Positions 1 to 12,351 of a stretch of DNA of 64,000 nucleotides are shown piece after piece; the stretch's first letter is position 1, and every line of letters starts with the position of its first letter. The translations under genes and the position numbers were made by a program. The notes under the pieces are model-generated. The model searched no databases, had not been told where the DNA came from, and saw only the letters and a program-made list of their open reading frames with translations. Origin of the DNA: Carcharhinus longimanus (Eukaryota); assembly GCA_030264375.1 (NCBI GenBank), contig JASCQW010000098.1, positions 13,097,653 to 13,161,652 of the forward strand, written 5' to 3'.

Positions 1-616
1 TGGACATTCAAGATCATGGAAATGTTGCAACTATGACAGCTTTGACAGACTGTCCAAGTTAGTCCTACATTCCGGTTTTCGCTCCGTAACCCTGCAAATT
101 AACCAAGTGTGTGCTCCACTTTGGTCTCTTTTGTGTTCCATTTTGTTTGGAATTTCCTGATGAATCTCTTACAACTGCTTTCACCTATTTTCAACAATAT
201 AGCACAGTTTTGAATGATATAAAAATACTGAGCACATAATGCTACTCCATTTCAGTAGGACATCTTGCTTGATTTAAAGCAATTTGAAAAAAATTCTTCC
301 ACTCTTCTTACAGCTTCTCATCACTTGGGTTGCTTTCACATCATTCTCTCCTGTTTTTGATACTGACTAGTATCAGCTTTTAGTCAACTTACTACTCTGC
401 ACCAAAAGCGGAATCCACTAACTCAGCAATGACCACTGAGATGTGATGCAGAAGGACAATATGGAAATTGCAATTTATGAATATGAATGGCACTTATTCA
501 CAACATTTTTTTCTCTATCCATTGTCATGAAGATTTTTGGTAAAAAGTTTAGCACCTTTTAATGAGCATTTTGATTTCCACATTCATGAGATAAAGCATG
601 AATAAATTTATCTGAG

Positions 617-900
617 CACAGTGATTAGCACTGCTGCTCCACAGCGCCAGGGATCTGGGTTCGATTCCCGGCCTGGGTCTGTCTGCGTGGAGTTTGCACG
701 TTCTCCTCATGTCTGTGTGGGTTTCCTCCGGGTGCTTCGGTTTCTTCGCACAGCCTGAAAGTAGTGCTAGTTAGGTACACTGGCCATGCTAAATTCTCCC
801 TCAGTGTACCCGAACAGGCGCCGCCCTGAGTGTGGTAACTAGGGGGTTTTCACAATAAATGCATTGCAGTATGAATATAAGCTTACTTGTGACAAACAAT
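617..900 (+). mobile_element. tRNA-derived HE1/V-SINE-type SINE with a variant tail
   Basis: A box (cagtgattagcactgc), B box (gggttcgattccc) and V-domain gtggagtttgcacgttctcc...gggtttcctccgggtg. Confidence 0.85.
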
Positions 901-1089
901 ACATGTATGCAGGATAAGACGATACAACAACTTATATTTACAGAACTATTAATGTGAGAAAATGTCCCAAAGTATGGAAGCATTGTAAATATTACATCGA
1001 GTCACGTAAGGAACTATTAAAATCAGATGACCAAAAGCTTGGTCAAAAGGTTTTATGAAAAGGAGGAGAGAGATGGAGAGGCAGAGCGG

Positions 1090-1109
1090 GTGTGTGTGTG
1101 TGTGTGTGT
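1090..1109. repeat. (GT)n microsatellite, about 10 units
   Basis: Read directly from the sequence. Confidence 0.9.
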
Positions 1110-2349
1110 CAGGGAAATTCCAGTGCTTAGGGCCTAGGCAGCTGGTTGCACAGCCAAAGATGGAATGATTAGAATCAGTGATGCTCAAGAGGCCAGAATT
1201 GGATGAGTGCATATATTTCGAAGTGTTGTGGTGCTGAAGGAGATTACATCGATTTAGAGATTATAGAGACACCAGAAAAGTGGCTACGTAATCAAATTGA
1301 TTTGGTTAATCTGATTTTTACTTTTAAGAGGAATTTTTTCATAAATTTTAGGACAGGTCAAAAAAGGGGATTTGGCTTCATTCATATTAGACGAGCCTGT
1401 GCATCAATTGAGGCATATCAATCAAAAAGTTCAAATTATGTTAGCCATGTTTATGCCCTCCAAATTCAAAAATGGCCCAACTTTTCTTCAGAAACAGCTA
1501 TGAAAGTGACACAAAGAATTGAAAGATAAGTTGTCATATTGAGGCTGAATGACAACTGCAAAAAGGAATTTCAGAGAAGGGTAGTAATTTATGCATTTTT
1601 GCAGTTTAAAAAACAGGTTAAGAATTCCAATTGAACTATTGTCAAATGACTGATTGGTGATCCCATATTTACGGTCAAAAAAATTTCCACATTTTACAGT
1701 ATGCCTAAAGTGTTTCTATATAACAGTCCAGAAGTTGCTTTAATGGTTCAGCAAGTGACACCTGCTATTCTTTTCAGTTGCCTATGCCCATTTAATTACT
1801 GCTACTTTCAGGAAGGGTGAGGTGGAAAAATAGTGGATAATACAAGCAACTATGTATCTCCTTAAGCAATCAGATTGAAGGACTGTGCAATTAACTCAGC
1901 AAGGATTGAGAAGGACATGTACACTGATGAATATAGTGTCCAATTAGTTTCAGAAAGAGCGTGAGAAAGAGGGAAACAATAAATAAAAATCTCTGAAATA
2001 ATTAAACTTAACAGAATGAGTCTTCACAGTTGTATTTGTTATTTTTCACTTCAAGTTGTTGACTGGCTGTATTTAACGCATCAAAATGGCATTTAGGCTG
2101 AAATAGACAAGATTTGACTTGTGGTATGGTTTGCATCTATAATGCAAGTACAATGCCTCCACATGTAATGCAACTAAAACCTGTTTTCACGAAGATAACA
2201 GCACAGCAACATTTTCTGACACAAATTTTCAATTTCCCTGCATTTGTCCTTGCCTAAAATTGCTGTTTAGCATTAATAACAGCAAGCACTATTATTATTT
2301 TGATAGCAAATTATGAGTCAATAAATGCTTTTCAGATTGTGGTGATATA

Positions 2350-2960
2350 ACACCTGCCCTTTTACCTCAACTTTCCTCATTACTCAAGGTCCCAATCACT
2401 CGTTACAGGTGAAGCAGAGATTTGCATTTACCTCTTGCAATTTAGTAGACGGTATGCTCTGCTCACAAGGCACTCTCCCCTACATTCAGGAACCCAAACA
2501 CAGATTTGGTGACTGCTTTGTTGAACACTTCCCTTCAATTCTAGTGATCTGCCAATGCTCTCAATGACATTTCTGTTCTTTGCCTACTGCATTGTCCAGG
2601 TGAAGCCCAATGCAAGTTGAAGGAACTGCATTGCATCATCTTTGATTAGGCACTCTACAATCTTCACGACCACAGCGCTGAACTATTCCAGTCAGCAGCT
2701 CACGTGTTCTAGAACACCTTTTGTTTCTTTTCTTCCCAATACCCTTCTCTTTGGTCCTGGAATTCAAATTGTTCTGTCATTCAACCTCTCCCGTTTTCCA
2801 ACCTATCACAGGGCTTCCTTTTGTCCTTGCCCCATCCACCCCTTGCTCACCCACCCCTATTACATTTGATGAAAGCTCACAGGACTGAATTTCACTCCAC
2901 AAATGCTGCCATAACGTAATTCCAGCATATCCTGTTTTTATTTCAGATTGTGGATGTTTG
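2350..2960 (+). mobile_element. Decayed Penelope-like element: GIY-YIG endonuclease remnant plus 3' terminus
   Basis: Broken translation QGPNHSLQVKQRFAFTSCNLV...YIQEPKHRFGDCFVEH resembles a PLE GIY-YIG domain; 3' end tgatgaaagctcac...aaatgctgcc...cctgtttttatttcagatt. Confidence 0.7.
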
Positions 2961-3082
2961 CTTGTCTCCAAGATGTTAATGATCGTACTGAAGTTTGATG
3001 TAACTGTGTTTTTGAGACAAATAAAAAATATTGAAGAAAACCATGTTATATGTAATCACCATCATAGCCAATGACTTCTCAC

Positions 3083-3240
3083 CTGCATCACCACTGTTAA
3101 CTCTTCTCCTGGGAATAGCCTTCACACGGGCAGGTGAAGTAGAGTGCTGTTTGTCATATTCTGATGCAACAACTGAGTACGATCGTTGGAAGACGCTACG
3201 CTTTGCTGTATCATTTTCCATAATAGGGCTTGTTTCAAGA
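3083..3240 (-). CDS. MYCBP2: MYCBP2 exon: (S)LETSPIMENDTAKRSVFQRSYSVVASEYDKQHSTSPARVKAIPRRRVNSGDA
   Basis: ttacag|TCTT...GCAG|gtgaga; 158 nt, phase 2-1. Confidence 0.95.
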
Positions 3241-3342
3241 CTGTAAAAACAGATCCAATACACCATCACATATACATGGTAAGAAAGAAGTTATTAGTTT
3301 CCAACATCCATCTTTAATACTACCATAATTGTTTAAAATTAC

Positions 3343-3510
3343 CTAGGAGGCATTGATTTCAGGTTGGTTTCAGGCTCGTCAAATACATGAGGGCAGGCAT
3401 CTGGTGTGACAGATATGTATGGCGCTGGTACAGAGGTGGAACGAAGGTATCTCATTTCATCTTGGAACAGGTGATCGTCGTGGTAGCCAGTAAAGTTCTC
3501 CGAATGCTGT
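3343..3510 (-). CDS. MYCBP2: MYCBP2 exon: (R)QHSENFTGYHDDHLFQDEMRYLRSTSVPAPYISVTPDACPHVFDEPETNLKSMPP(S)
   Basis: aatag|ACAG...CCTAG|gtaatt; 168 nt, phase 2-2. Confidence 0.94.
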
Positions 3511-4246
3511 CTATTAGGCAGAGTTTCACAATTGTGAATCAGTTACATTGCGCAGCAAATGATTTTCACAAGGTAATACCTATTCAAAAGTCTATGTATA
3601 CTAAACCAGAAGATTGTAGGAGGATTGCAAGGATAGTTGACTTAATATTATTTTAAAAATCAATGTGACTTCACAAATGAAAGACAATCCTAATCAAGTC
3701 TCTGATTCCGAATTTTTTTGTTTAAAAAAAATCAGTGAAAGATAAATCTTACAGTAGAAAATGAGGATTTGGTGTGGTAGTGAAATCATGCATACTAGAA
3801 AGGCCTGGGGTTTGATCTTTAATGTGCTGAGATGTTTTTAAACCAGCAAGGAAATTGACCTCCCTCTTTCGGCTGTTGAGCAAGGAAATGGTGTGAGGTG
3901 CTGTAAGTAATTCCACCAATTTCCTCCTGCTGGTATTCCCACTCCAATGTGATAGGCAACCACTGAGCTTAATACAAAGGGATCAGATATCCAAATATTT
4001 ATTACACATTTATTAAAGAAATATTTGGATTGCCCAGGACTTTATTTTTGGCTAGGTGGGAAAAAAAACTGGTTGGGATATTATTCAAAAAATTATCCTC
4101 ACAATGCATGGCGCTTCTAATCAAGGAATTGGACAGCGAATTCAGGGTTTTAAAGGATATGCATTGAGTTGCCGATCTCCAGAGTCAGCTGGCCCATTTA
4201 CACAATTCCACCGTTTGCTTTGTACAAATGGCAGCTTGTGGAGCAT

Positions 4247-4557
4247 GGGTGGCACAGTGGTTAGCACTGCTCCCTCAGTGCCTGGGACCTTGGGTTCAAT
4301 TCCGGCCTCGGGTGACTGTCAATGTGGAGTTTGCACATTTCCCCTGTATCTACATGGGTTTCCTCCAGGCGCTCCGGTTTCCTCCCACGGTCTAGAAATG
4401 TGGGGGTTAGGTTGACTGGCCAAGATAACTTGCCCCTTAATGTCAGGAGGGTAAAAATATAGGGTTACAGGGATAGGAAAGGACCTGGGTGGGGTTGTCG
4501 TCAATGCAGGATCGATGGGCCCAATGGCCTCCTTCTGCACTGTAGATTCTATGATTC
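4247..4557 (+). mobile_element. HE1/V-SINE-type SINE, near full length
   Basis: ggtggcacagtggttagcactgc...gggttcaattcc...V-domain...ccttctgcactgtagattctatg tail. Confidence 0.9.
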
Positions 4558-6137
4558 TTGACTTTGGCTCCTCTGTTATTTTAAGAAATTGCTGGATACA
4601 CACTCCATTAAACTCACTACAGAAAGTTAGGGCTGGAACTTAGCATCGCAAGTACCTTTCAAACGACAGAATGATTGCTAATATGAAATGTCGATCAACA
4701 TTTCTGATTCAGAAAGGGAAGAATTTAAACTGCTCAGTATCATACCTGCACATAACAGATTGTTGTTTGAACTTTCAAAAATGTCAAATTTTAAACCTTT
4801 TCTTTACCAATTTTTTTTCTCTCTCGCCTAACTCAATTTTTATTTCCCTGTATTTGTTTGTACCCAAACTGTCTCTAATTCATTAATTCTAAATACACTC
4901 CTTCTCTGCTAGTTTTGTTGTGCTTCACTCTTTAAATCCTATTGATCCAGATTCTGCAGTCAGTGGCGAAGCAAGGGCACTCGCCACTGACCTCAAGAAA
5001 GCTTTGGAGATCTAGTTCTCCCCGTGGCAATAACTTCAACTCTTTAGAGTTGTTGTTTAATGGGGGTTCTTAGTTGAGCTGCAGTAATGTCATCAAGCTA
5101 TCCAGACAGTCAATCACATTGAAGAATCCTTACATCTCCAGCCAACCTTGAACTGAAAAGCACTAATAATAAAACCATTTTCTAAAAGATTTAGAGTTAA
5201 ATAAAGATTGGGTATTAAGTTAAAAGCTGAGATATCAGGAACAAACTTCAAAAAATATTTAAAATTAACCATGATTAATAATGCATTGCCAATATAAATG
5301 TGTGTTTTCAGGACCAGTTCCATTGCTCAGCAGCATTTATTAAAATTAAAAACTCAGTTATACCTCATTGTACAATTAAGTTTCTAACAAGTGATGTGAG
5401 AATGGAAGAGGGACATTCTCATTAAATAATTTGATGTAACTTGGCTTAGGTGGGTGGGTCAACAGCACAGCCTCTAACAGAACAGTAAATGAAGGATGCA
5501 ACCTCAGGATTACATACTTGTGTTTGTGCTGGATCCTAAAGTACAGTCAAACTCGAAGCTGCAAATTCTGACAAAAACCCCAGTAAATCTGGGTCTGTGG
5601 TAAAGGAGATGGACTGCTGACCCCACTGCTCACTAAGGTCCCAGGTGCTTCACTGCCCTTGCATTATCAGCTTACTCTTCCCACAAGTTATGCTGCACAT
5701 TCTTGGAGCTGATGGGTATAGGTAAAAGTCAGTTTAACAAGCCATTCTGCAAGGTGTCATGCACAAGTCTATTATTTGAGGGTTACACATTACCAACGCA
5801 TTATATAATAAATTATACCGGTATACTTCCACCTTCATCGGGTGTAACATTTATGCTGCCCAAATATATACTTTTTGAACTACTGCATCGCAACATCTAA
5901 ATTCGAAAGATTTTCATACTTTTGGAAAATTTGCTCCTTTGCCTATGTGAATTTGACATGGTTGTTTGTGAAGTCCTACAAGATGAAGGGTTGGTGGTGG
6001 TGGTGGTGGGGGGGGATCAAAGATTTGTGAGGGGGAAATCAAACTTTACACGATGGAGCTCACGCAACAGACAAAACAGTCATCTTTCTTCCTTCTACAC
6101 CTTCAACAAATTCTATTTCCTCTTAACCAGTTTTCAT

Positions 6138-6339
6138 CATAGAACTTTATCATAGAAACCCTACATTTCAGAAAGCGGCCATTCGGCCCATCGAGTCTTC
6201 ACCGACCACAATCCCACCCAGGCCCTACCCCCAAATCTCTACATATTTTATCCACTAATCCCTCTAACCTACGCATCTCAGGACACACAGGGGCAATTTT
6301 AGCATGGCCAATCAACCTAACCCGCACATCTTTGGACTG
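6138..6339 (-). mobile_element. HE1-type SINE, 3' half
   Basis: Reverse complement of the SINE tail (catagaaaccctaca...ggccattcggcccatcgag...cgcacatctttggact). Confidence 0.85.
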
Positions 6340-6639
6340 GTTCATGTTTAATTTTGACAGCCCAACATTGGGTGATACTTGATGTCAAAGGCACTAACTT
6401 GTTAACTGGATGAAGTGACAGAGGGGCTACATTCGTTGGTCATATACTGCAACAGGAGGAAGGTCAAAGGCATAAAATAATCAAAAGAAAACAAAAACAA
6501 AAAGAAGCGGCCACTAACAAAGTTCACATGATTTAAATGAACAACTTATCATCTTAAAGCTTCCAAATGCAAGGACAGATCAGAGCTAACCTTCATCAAG
6601 ATAGTTCTCCAAACTATGAGTTAAGTTGTTAGTTTTTGT

Positions 6640-6860
6640 TTTGGGTGATGATGGTTGAGGGATGAACACTCTAGTAGTCCCGTGGCATTTTAACACCAAA
6701 CCCAAGTCGTATATGGTACCTTAATTCAACATTTCACCCCAGACACAACAGTTTTACTTCAATACTGTCCTGAGGTGTCAGCCTAGATTGTGTTTGCACA
6801 CCTCATGTATTGAACACACATTTTTGACTCAGGGATACAAGTGTTATCAACTAATCTGAA
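6640..6860 (-). mobile_element. Highly decayed DeuSINE (SacSINE1-like) relic
   Basis: Weak similarity to the reverse complement of 10620-10850 (caatactgtcctgaggtgtcagcctagatt). Confidence 0.45.
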
Positions 6861-7011
6861 CTGGTACAATCGTTAAAGTTGCATCAGGTCATTTTGTACC
6901 ACAAGCAGAACTGTTTAATTTGTTCTTGCACAATGGAATACTGTCCTACCTAAATCGATTTTTACTGTACAGATACCTCTGCCATTGTTGAGCAAATCTG
7001 TTACGCTTTAC

Positions 7012-7256
7012 CTTGCAAGGGTCTGTAGATAAAGGCATGGATATTTACTGGGCATCTCATCAGAGATGCCCTCTTTCAGACTTGGAAGATGTGAATGAAA
7101 AGGCCTTGGAGTATGGTAACAGAGAATATTTGGTTCTGCTGCACTACTCAGCGAGAGCAAAAACATAGCGTTGGCTTTAATCACTTGATGAGCTTCCATA
7201 GAGGGCAAGGCTCGTGGTGTCTTCACTTGCACTGGCTTTTTTCTGGCTTGTTTCAC
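7012..7256 (-). CDS. MYCBP2: MYCBP2 exon: VKQARKKPVQVKTPRALPSMEAHQVIKANAMFLLSLSSAAEP...YLQTLA(R)
   Basis: ttcag|GTGAAA...GCAAG|gtaaag; 245 nt, phase 0-2. Confidence 0.96.
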
Positions 7257-7904
7257 CTGAAATAGAAAAGAACCAACATTGATAGAGTGCCTTTTCCCAA
7301 AATTAAAACAAACTGGGAACTCAAAGCATTTTTTATTTAAAACTCAAAAGAATAAAAATATTTAACCAATATTCTATATCATCATATTTTATAAATAAAA
7401 TCACTAAGGCAGAAATGAGTATTTATTGAGGAATGGATAAAAAAAGGTGACATTTACTTGTAAAAACAAAAAGGTCCCAAATAGTAATGTTCTACAAAAT
7501 GAATACTTCAAATACACAGAATTCATCTAACAACATAATTAATATCTATTCGTAAACAAGGGCAGAAACACTAGCTTTTCTTCAAATTACTAATGTTTTG
7601 GATAGTGCTATCTTTTGGATTACTTTCCTTGAGGTACCACAAATTCTCATCAATATATAATGTGCTTGGAAATAAAATCACCTCTGCACCAAAATTACAA
7701 TTTTATTCATTTCGTGCAGTATTTCTAATTAGTCACATATTTGTGCAATGCAGAGTGCTAGTGGAAAATGAAAAATATACAGTAAATTCAGACACCAAGC
7801 ATGAATCTTAGTTTTGTAGGATTGCAGAATGTGTGCCAAATTGCTTCACTCTTTTTTCAATGATAAATTACTGTATGTGAAAAAGTGGGACTTTTAAACA
7901 AAAC

Positions 7905-8355
7905 AATAGAAAGCATTCTTTCCAGATGTATTATAGCTTGGTATAGCCCCAGCTCAGACCAAAACCTCAAGAAACCACCAAAAGTTGTAAATAAAGCCCA
8001 ATCCATCACGCAAACCAGTCTCCCGTCCATTGACTCTGTCTACACTTCCCGCTGCGTTGGTAAAGCGGCCAGCATAATTTAAGGACCCCACGCACCCCGG
8101 ACAGTCTTCTACCTTCTTCCATCAGGAAGATGATACAGAAGTCTGAGATCACATGCTAACCATTTCAAAAACAGCTTCTTCTCTACTGCCATCAGACTTT
8201 TGAACGGACCTACCTTATATTAAATTGATCTTTCGTTACAGTCTATGATTGTAGCACTACATTCTTCACCCGCTTCTCTTCTATGCTGTGCTCATATATT
8301 GTGCAAGAAATACTTTTCACTGTATCACAATACATGTGACAATAATAAATCAAAT
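7905..8355 (+). mobile_element. Rex1/Babar-type LINE, 3' fragment
   Basis: Translation IESILSRCIIAWY...KVVNKAQSIT...DPTHPG...LLPSGR...FKNSFFSTAIRLLN, then an aataataaatcaaatc tail. Confidence 0.8.
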
Positions 8356-9140
8356 CACAATATATACTAATTATTCTTAAACTTGAACTGTTCATCATTA
8401 ATGGAATCCAGTTTTTAAAACTTGAGCTGCACAGCCCTTCCTAAACCACATGATCATCAGCCAAATCTCTCTCTTCCAAGCACTATTGATGAGAACTCTG
8501 ACTGACAAGTTGTGTCAGCATTCATAGCTAAATAGATATCAAACTGTAAATACTTTCATTTTCAGTTAACATTTAAGCTTCAGGGTGGTGTAGAAAGCAC
8601 TATATTCTGTTTTTTATTATTTTGATCAACTAGATGGGAATATTGGAGAAGGGTTTGATGCAGCAGCACAATTCACGTTTACCATTGGGAGCCAGTTGTA
8701 GCTCTGACTAATGGGATGAAAATCTTCCCTTTCTCATTTGTCTGCAAAAGTCCCAGATGAAATTTCACAAGCTCAAATCAATTCTTCATTTACCATAACC
8801 TCACATTACTTGAACAAGTTCATTCAAAAAAGAGAGAAGAATTGTTAATACATGGGAAAGGTGTTTATTGTTAATTCTGCTGAGTGCTAATGAGGTTAAG
8901 GTTTAAGATCTGTTGTTGAAGGAAAGTCAATGTTGGTTTTATTCTGAAATCTAGCTTTCCTAGGGCTGACTTGGATGTCAATGAAATAAATCATTCCACT
9001 TAGAATACTGATGGCTTAAGCAGAGAATTCACTCCCACAATGAAGGCAGGTTGAAAGATTTGTATCCATTAGGAAACTGATCTTGAGTCATTTGAAGGGT
9101 CATCCATTGACAATACTTTCTTAAATTTATAGTGGCAAAA

Positions 9141-9735
9141 GTTTATTTACTAGTGTCACAAATAGGCTTACATTAACACTGCAGTGAAGTCACTGCGAAA
9201 TCCCCTTGTTGCCACACTTCGGTGCCTGGTCGGGTACACAGCAAAAAGTCTGACAACACCAGGTTTTAGTCCAACCTATTTATTTGATAATATACTCACT
9301 AGCTTTCGGGTTAGCCCCTNNNNNNNNNNNNNNNNNNNNNNNNNNNNNNNNNNNNNNNNNNNNNNNNNNNNNNNNNNNNNNNNNNNNNNNNNNNNNNNNN
9401 NNNNNNNNNNNNNNNNNNNCCCGAAAGCTAGTGAGTATATTATCAAATAAATAGGTTGGACTAAAACCTGGTGTTGTCAGACTTTTTGCTGTGTTTGCGC
9501 CAGTCCAACGCCGGCATACCCACATCATGACTACGGTCGGGTACACACAGGGAGAATTTAGCACAGCCAATGCGCCTAACCAGCACGTCTTTTGGACTGT
9601 GGGGGGAAACCGAAGCACCCGGAGGAAACCCAAGCAGAAACAGGGAGAACGTGCGGACACCACGCAGAAAGTGATTAAAGCCAGGAATCAAATCTGGGTC
9701 CCTGGTGCTGTGAGGCAACAATGCTAACCACCATA
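9141..9735 (-). mobile_element. SINE of the same subfamily as 617-900, interrupted by an insertion at 9241-9534
   Basis: Tail at 9141-9240 and head at 9541-9735 are contiguous once the insert and one TSD copy are removed. Confidence 0.85.
9241..9534 (+). mobile_element. Penelope-like element with inverted termini; interior hidden in a 100-N gap; 13-bp TSD ggtcgggtacaca
   Basis: 9241-9310 is the reverse complement of 9420-9489; TSD at 9228-9240 and 9535-9547; terminus ccgaaagctagtg...aaacctggtgttg...ccagtccaacgccggca. Confidence 0.75.
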
Positions 9736-10042
9736 CCATCCCTTGCACAATTTTGTATTTGCTCCAAAAGCGGAATATGTACAAAATTGCGCAGATTCAT
9801 AAATTTGCTCAGGAACAGTATACTTAGTGAGATAAGAGTGCCTAAAAATCAGAGGATTACAATGTGCCATAAAGCTCAAACACCCCTCACTGGATAATTC
9901 CCACCTGAATTGAAGCCCAATCCATGTAGGAATCAAGCTGTGCAATCTGAAGTAACATGGTGAGGTATCAGTCCACAATCTGCTGCTCGGATTGCCTTTA
10001 CTGGGCATAGGAGTCAATTTTAATGTTCAAAGGAGTACATAC

Positions 10043-10212
10043 CTTCTCACGAGCTGCAGCTTGTTTCTCCCTGAGATATTTTTCTCTGCAACGATCACAT
10101 ACGAGATACCAGGTGCTTCCTCCAACTCCTCCATCACCACAGTTCCCTGCCCAACCGCCGCAGAAGTGACCAATGCTATTATAGCCCTGTCCTCCAGCAT
10201 AGCGACCACAAC
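10043..10212 (-). CDS. MYCBP2: MYCBP2 exon: (G)CGRYAGGQGYNSIGHFCGGWAGNCGDGGVGGSTWYLVCDRCREKYLREKQAAAREK
   Basis: caaaag|GTTGT...GAGAAG|gtatgt; 170 nt, phase 1-0; hand translation. Confidence 0.96.
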
Positions 10213-10619
10213 CTTTTGCAAACGGAAACAGAAAAAGCTTTTAGATCGAACAAGAAGTGGATTAACTTCATATTCTTTGGGTGTCAAATTTACTGGCTGT
10301 TCAACTGTCTATAGAGAATTGATGGTAATCACAAGACAGATTGTAACAGGTATTAGGGGAAAATGGGTAAAGCTCATGGCAGATGAACTGTAACACTAAT
10401 GTGTTAAATACATTTTAACCAAAATGTATTTGAGAGTATGGAGAAGCAATAAATCGTACAATTTTAAAGGAGTGCTGGAACAGAGTCCTGGGGCTGGACG
10501 TACAGAATTTTTGAAGGTAGCCAGGCAAGTTGGGAAGGCTGCTAAAAAACATGTGGGTTCTTTGGTTTTATTAAGCAACACTGAGTGCAAATGAAGGGTT
10601 GTTATTCTCACAAAAATCT

Positions 10620-10850
10620 AAGCTGTCACTCCAATGCAGTACTGAGGGACTGCTGCAATTCTGAGTGTAATCCCACGGAGAAGTTATCTTTCAGATGAGA
10701 CACTAAACTAAGATTCCATCTGCTCTGCTGGATGAAAAAAATTCCTTCGGACGAGCCGTGGAATTGCTCCCAGCAGCTTGGCCAATATCAGTCAATATCA
10801 CTAAAACAGATTATCTGGTCATTAATTCATTTTTTTTTGTGGGAGCTTGC
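10620..10850 (+). mobile_element. DeuSINE (SacSINE1/AmnSINE-like) relic
   Basis: Deu-domain-like gcagtactgagggactgctgca...ctttcagatgagacactaaac...aaaacagattatctggtcatt...tgtgggagcttgct. Confidence 0.65.
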
Positions 10851-11044
10851 TCAAGACCGAGATTTCAAGTGTTTGGTCACAAAAGTGTTGACATGAGGAC
10901 CTTGAGAAAAGTGGATACCCAGAGATTATAAAGTTGTGAAATGTGGTTCTGGAGCAGGATGGAGTGAGTCAGTTGGAGAGAACACAAGAACAATGAAGTA
11001 GTTCTCAGGACAGTCAGGGAAGACAGATCCTATATATGAACTCG

Positions 11045-11410
11045 GAGCAGGAATGGGCCATTTGGCCCCTTGAGCCTGCTCTGCCATTCAGTAAGATCAT
11101 AATTGCTTCAATTGTGGCCTCAACTCCACGTTGCACTGCCCCAGTAACCTTTGGCCTCCTTGTTAGTCAATAATCTACCTACCTCCGACACCGCTTCCAC
11201 CACATTCTGGATCAGATAATTCCAAAGATCCACAAGAAGTTTTTCTCATCTGTCTTAAATGGGAATTCCCTTCTTTTTAAACCTGGTTCTAGTCTCTCCC
11301 ACATGGGAAAACATGCTTTCAGCATCCACCCTAACACATCTCGTTAGGAGCTTAGATGTTTCAACAAGATCACCTCTCAATCTCCTAAACTCTAGTGGAT
11401 GCAAGCCCAG
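11045..11410 (-). mobile_element. CR1-clade LINE 3' end
   Basis: Minus-strand peptide LGLHPLEFRRLRGDLVETSKLLT (CR1 RT C-terminus) plus 3'UTR ggcccattcctgctcc. Confidence 0.85.
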
Positions 11411-11694
11411 CCATACTGTCAGATCACTTAACCAGTGAGTGAAAAAGAACATGAGCAGCAGGAGGTTGCAACCAGGAACCAATGGAGGCAGTTCCTGGCA
11501 AATGAGGTGGATGGGTGGAGGCTAGCCTTGAGGGGGTTGAAAATTGGGGCGGGGGCGGAAAATCAATCTTGCTCTTCCTGGTCAAGAGGTCACTTACCTT
11601 GAAGAATCAGCAGCTTGGTTCAGCTGCCAACATTTCTGTAGTTCGGACATAGTCCGCACACACTTAATTCAGTGCTATGCCTTTGCTATGTTAA

Positions 11695-11780
11695 TTATCA
11701 ACCATGATCTTATTGAATGGCAGGGCAGGCTCAAGGGGCTAGATGGCCTACTCCTGCTCCTATTTCTTACGTTCTTATTA
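11695..11780 (+). mobile_element. CR1-clade LINE 3'UTR fragment
   Basis: catgatcttattgaatggcagggcaggctcaaggggctagatggcctactcctgctcctatttctta. Confidence 0.8.
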
Positions 11781-12351
11781 TGCCCTACCTGCTGTTTTAA
11801 GAGTATTTTGGGGAGCGATTTCTGCAATTCAAACTTTAAAACTGAGGGGGGGGAAGGGAACAGGAGATGTCTCAGGAATTGGGTTGCATTGCCCAATCCT
11901 TATATTTTAGGCCTTCTGCCTTACCACCACCTCCAGAGGGAGTTACCAGAGGGCTGACTGCCTCTATGGAAGTATGTTAGCAAAAGTCAATACCTTCAGA
12001 ATGTAAGAAAGCGGACAGCCAGAAAAAAAAAGCCAATTGAAAATAAGAAACACAATCAAAAGCTTCCATTGAATTTCAGGTAAGAGCTTAGTTTGAACAT
12101 TGTCTCATGAAGAAGCTATATTCCGAATGAATTAATCTTCAAACTTATTGGCAACTGAGCAAAAAAAAGAGCAAAAGCTGATCAAATGTTATTATACATA
12201 AAATGGATAACAATTTGCCATTTTTGTTCATTTAAACTCCTTTTAAGTTGAACCCCAAAACCAGGGTGTATTAATGTGAATACAATATGAAGATAAATAA
12301 AAAGCAAATTACTCAAGCGGTAGATACATATGATCTTTTTTAATTAGTTAC

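Noticed and set aside
385-410. tgcag|AGTA|gtaagt 4-nt microexon-like motif on the minus strand
   Set aside because: Frame-shifting, weak pyrimidine tract, expected by chance
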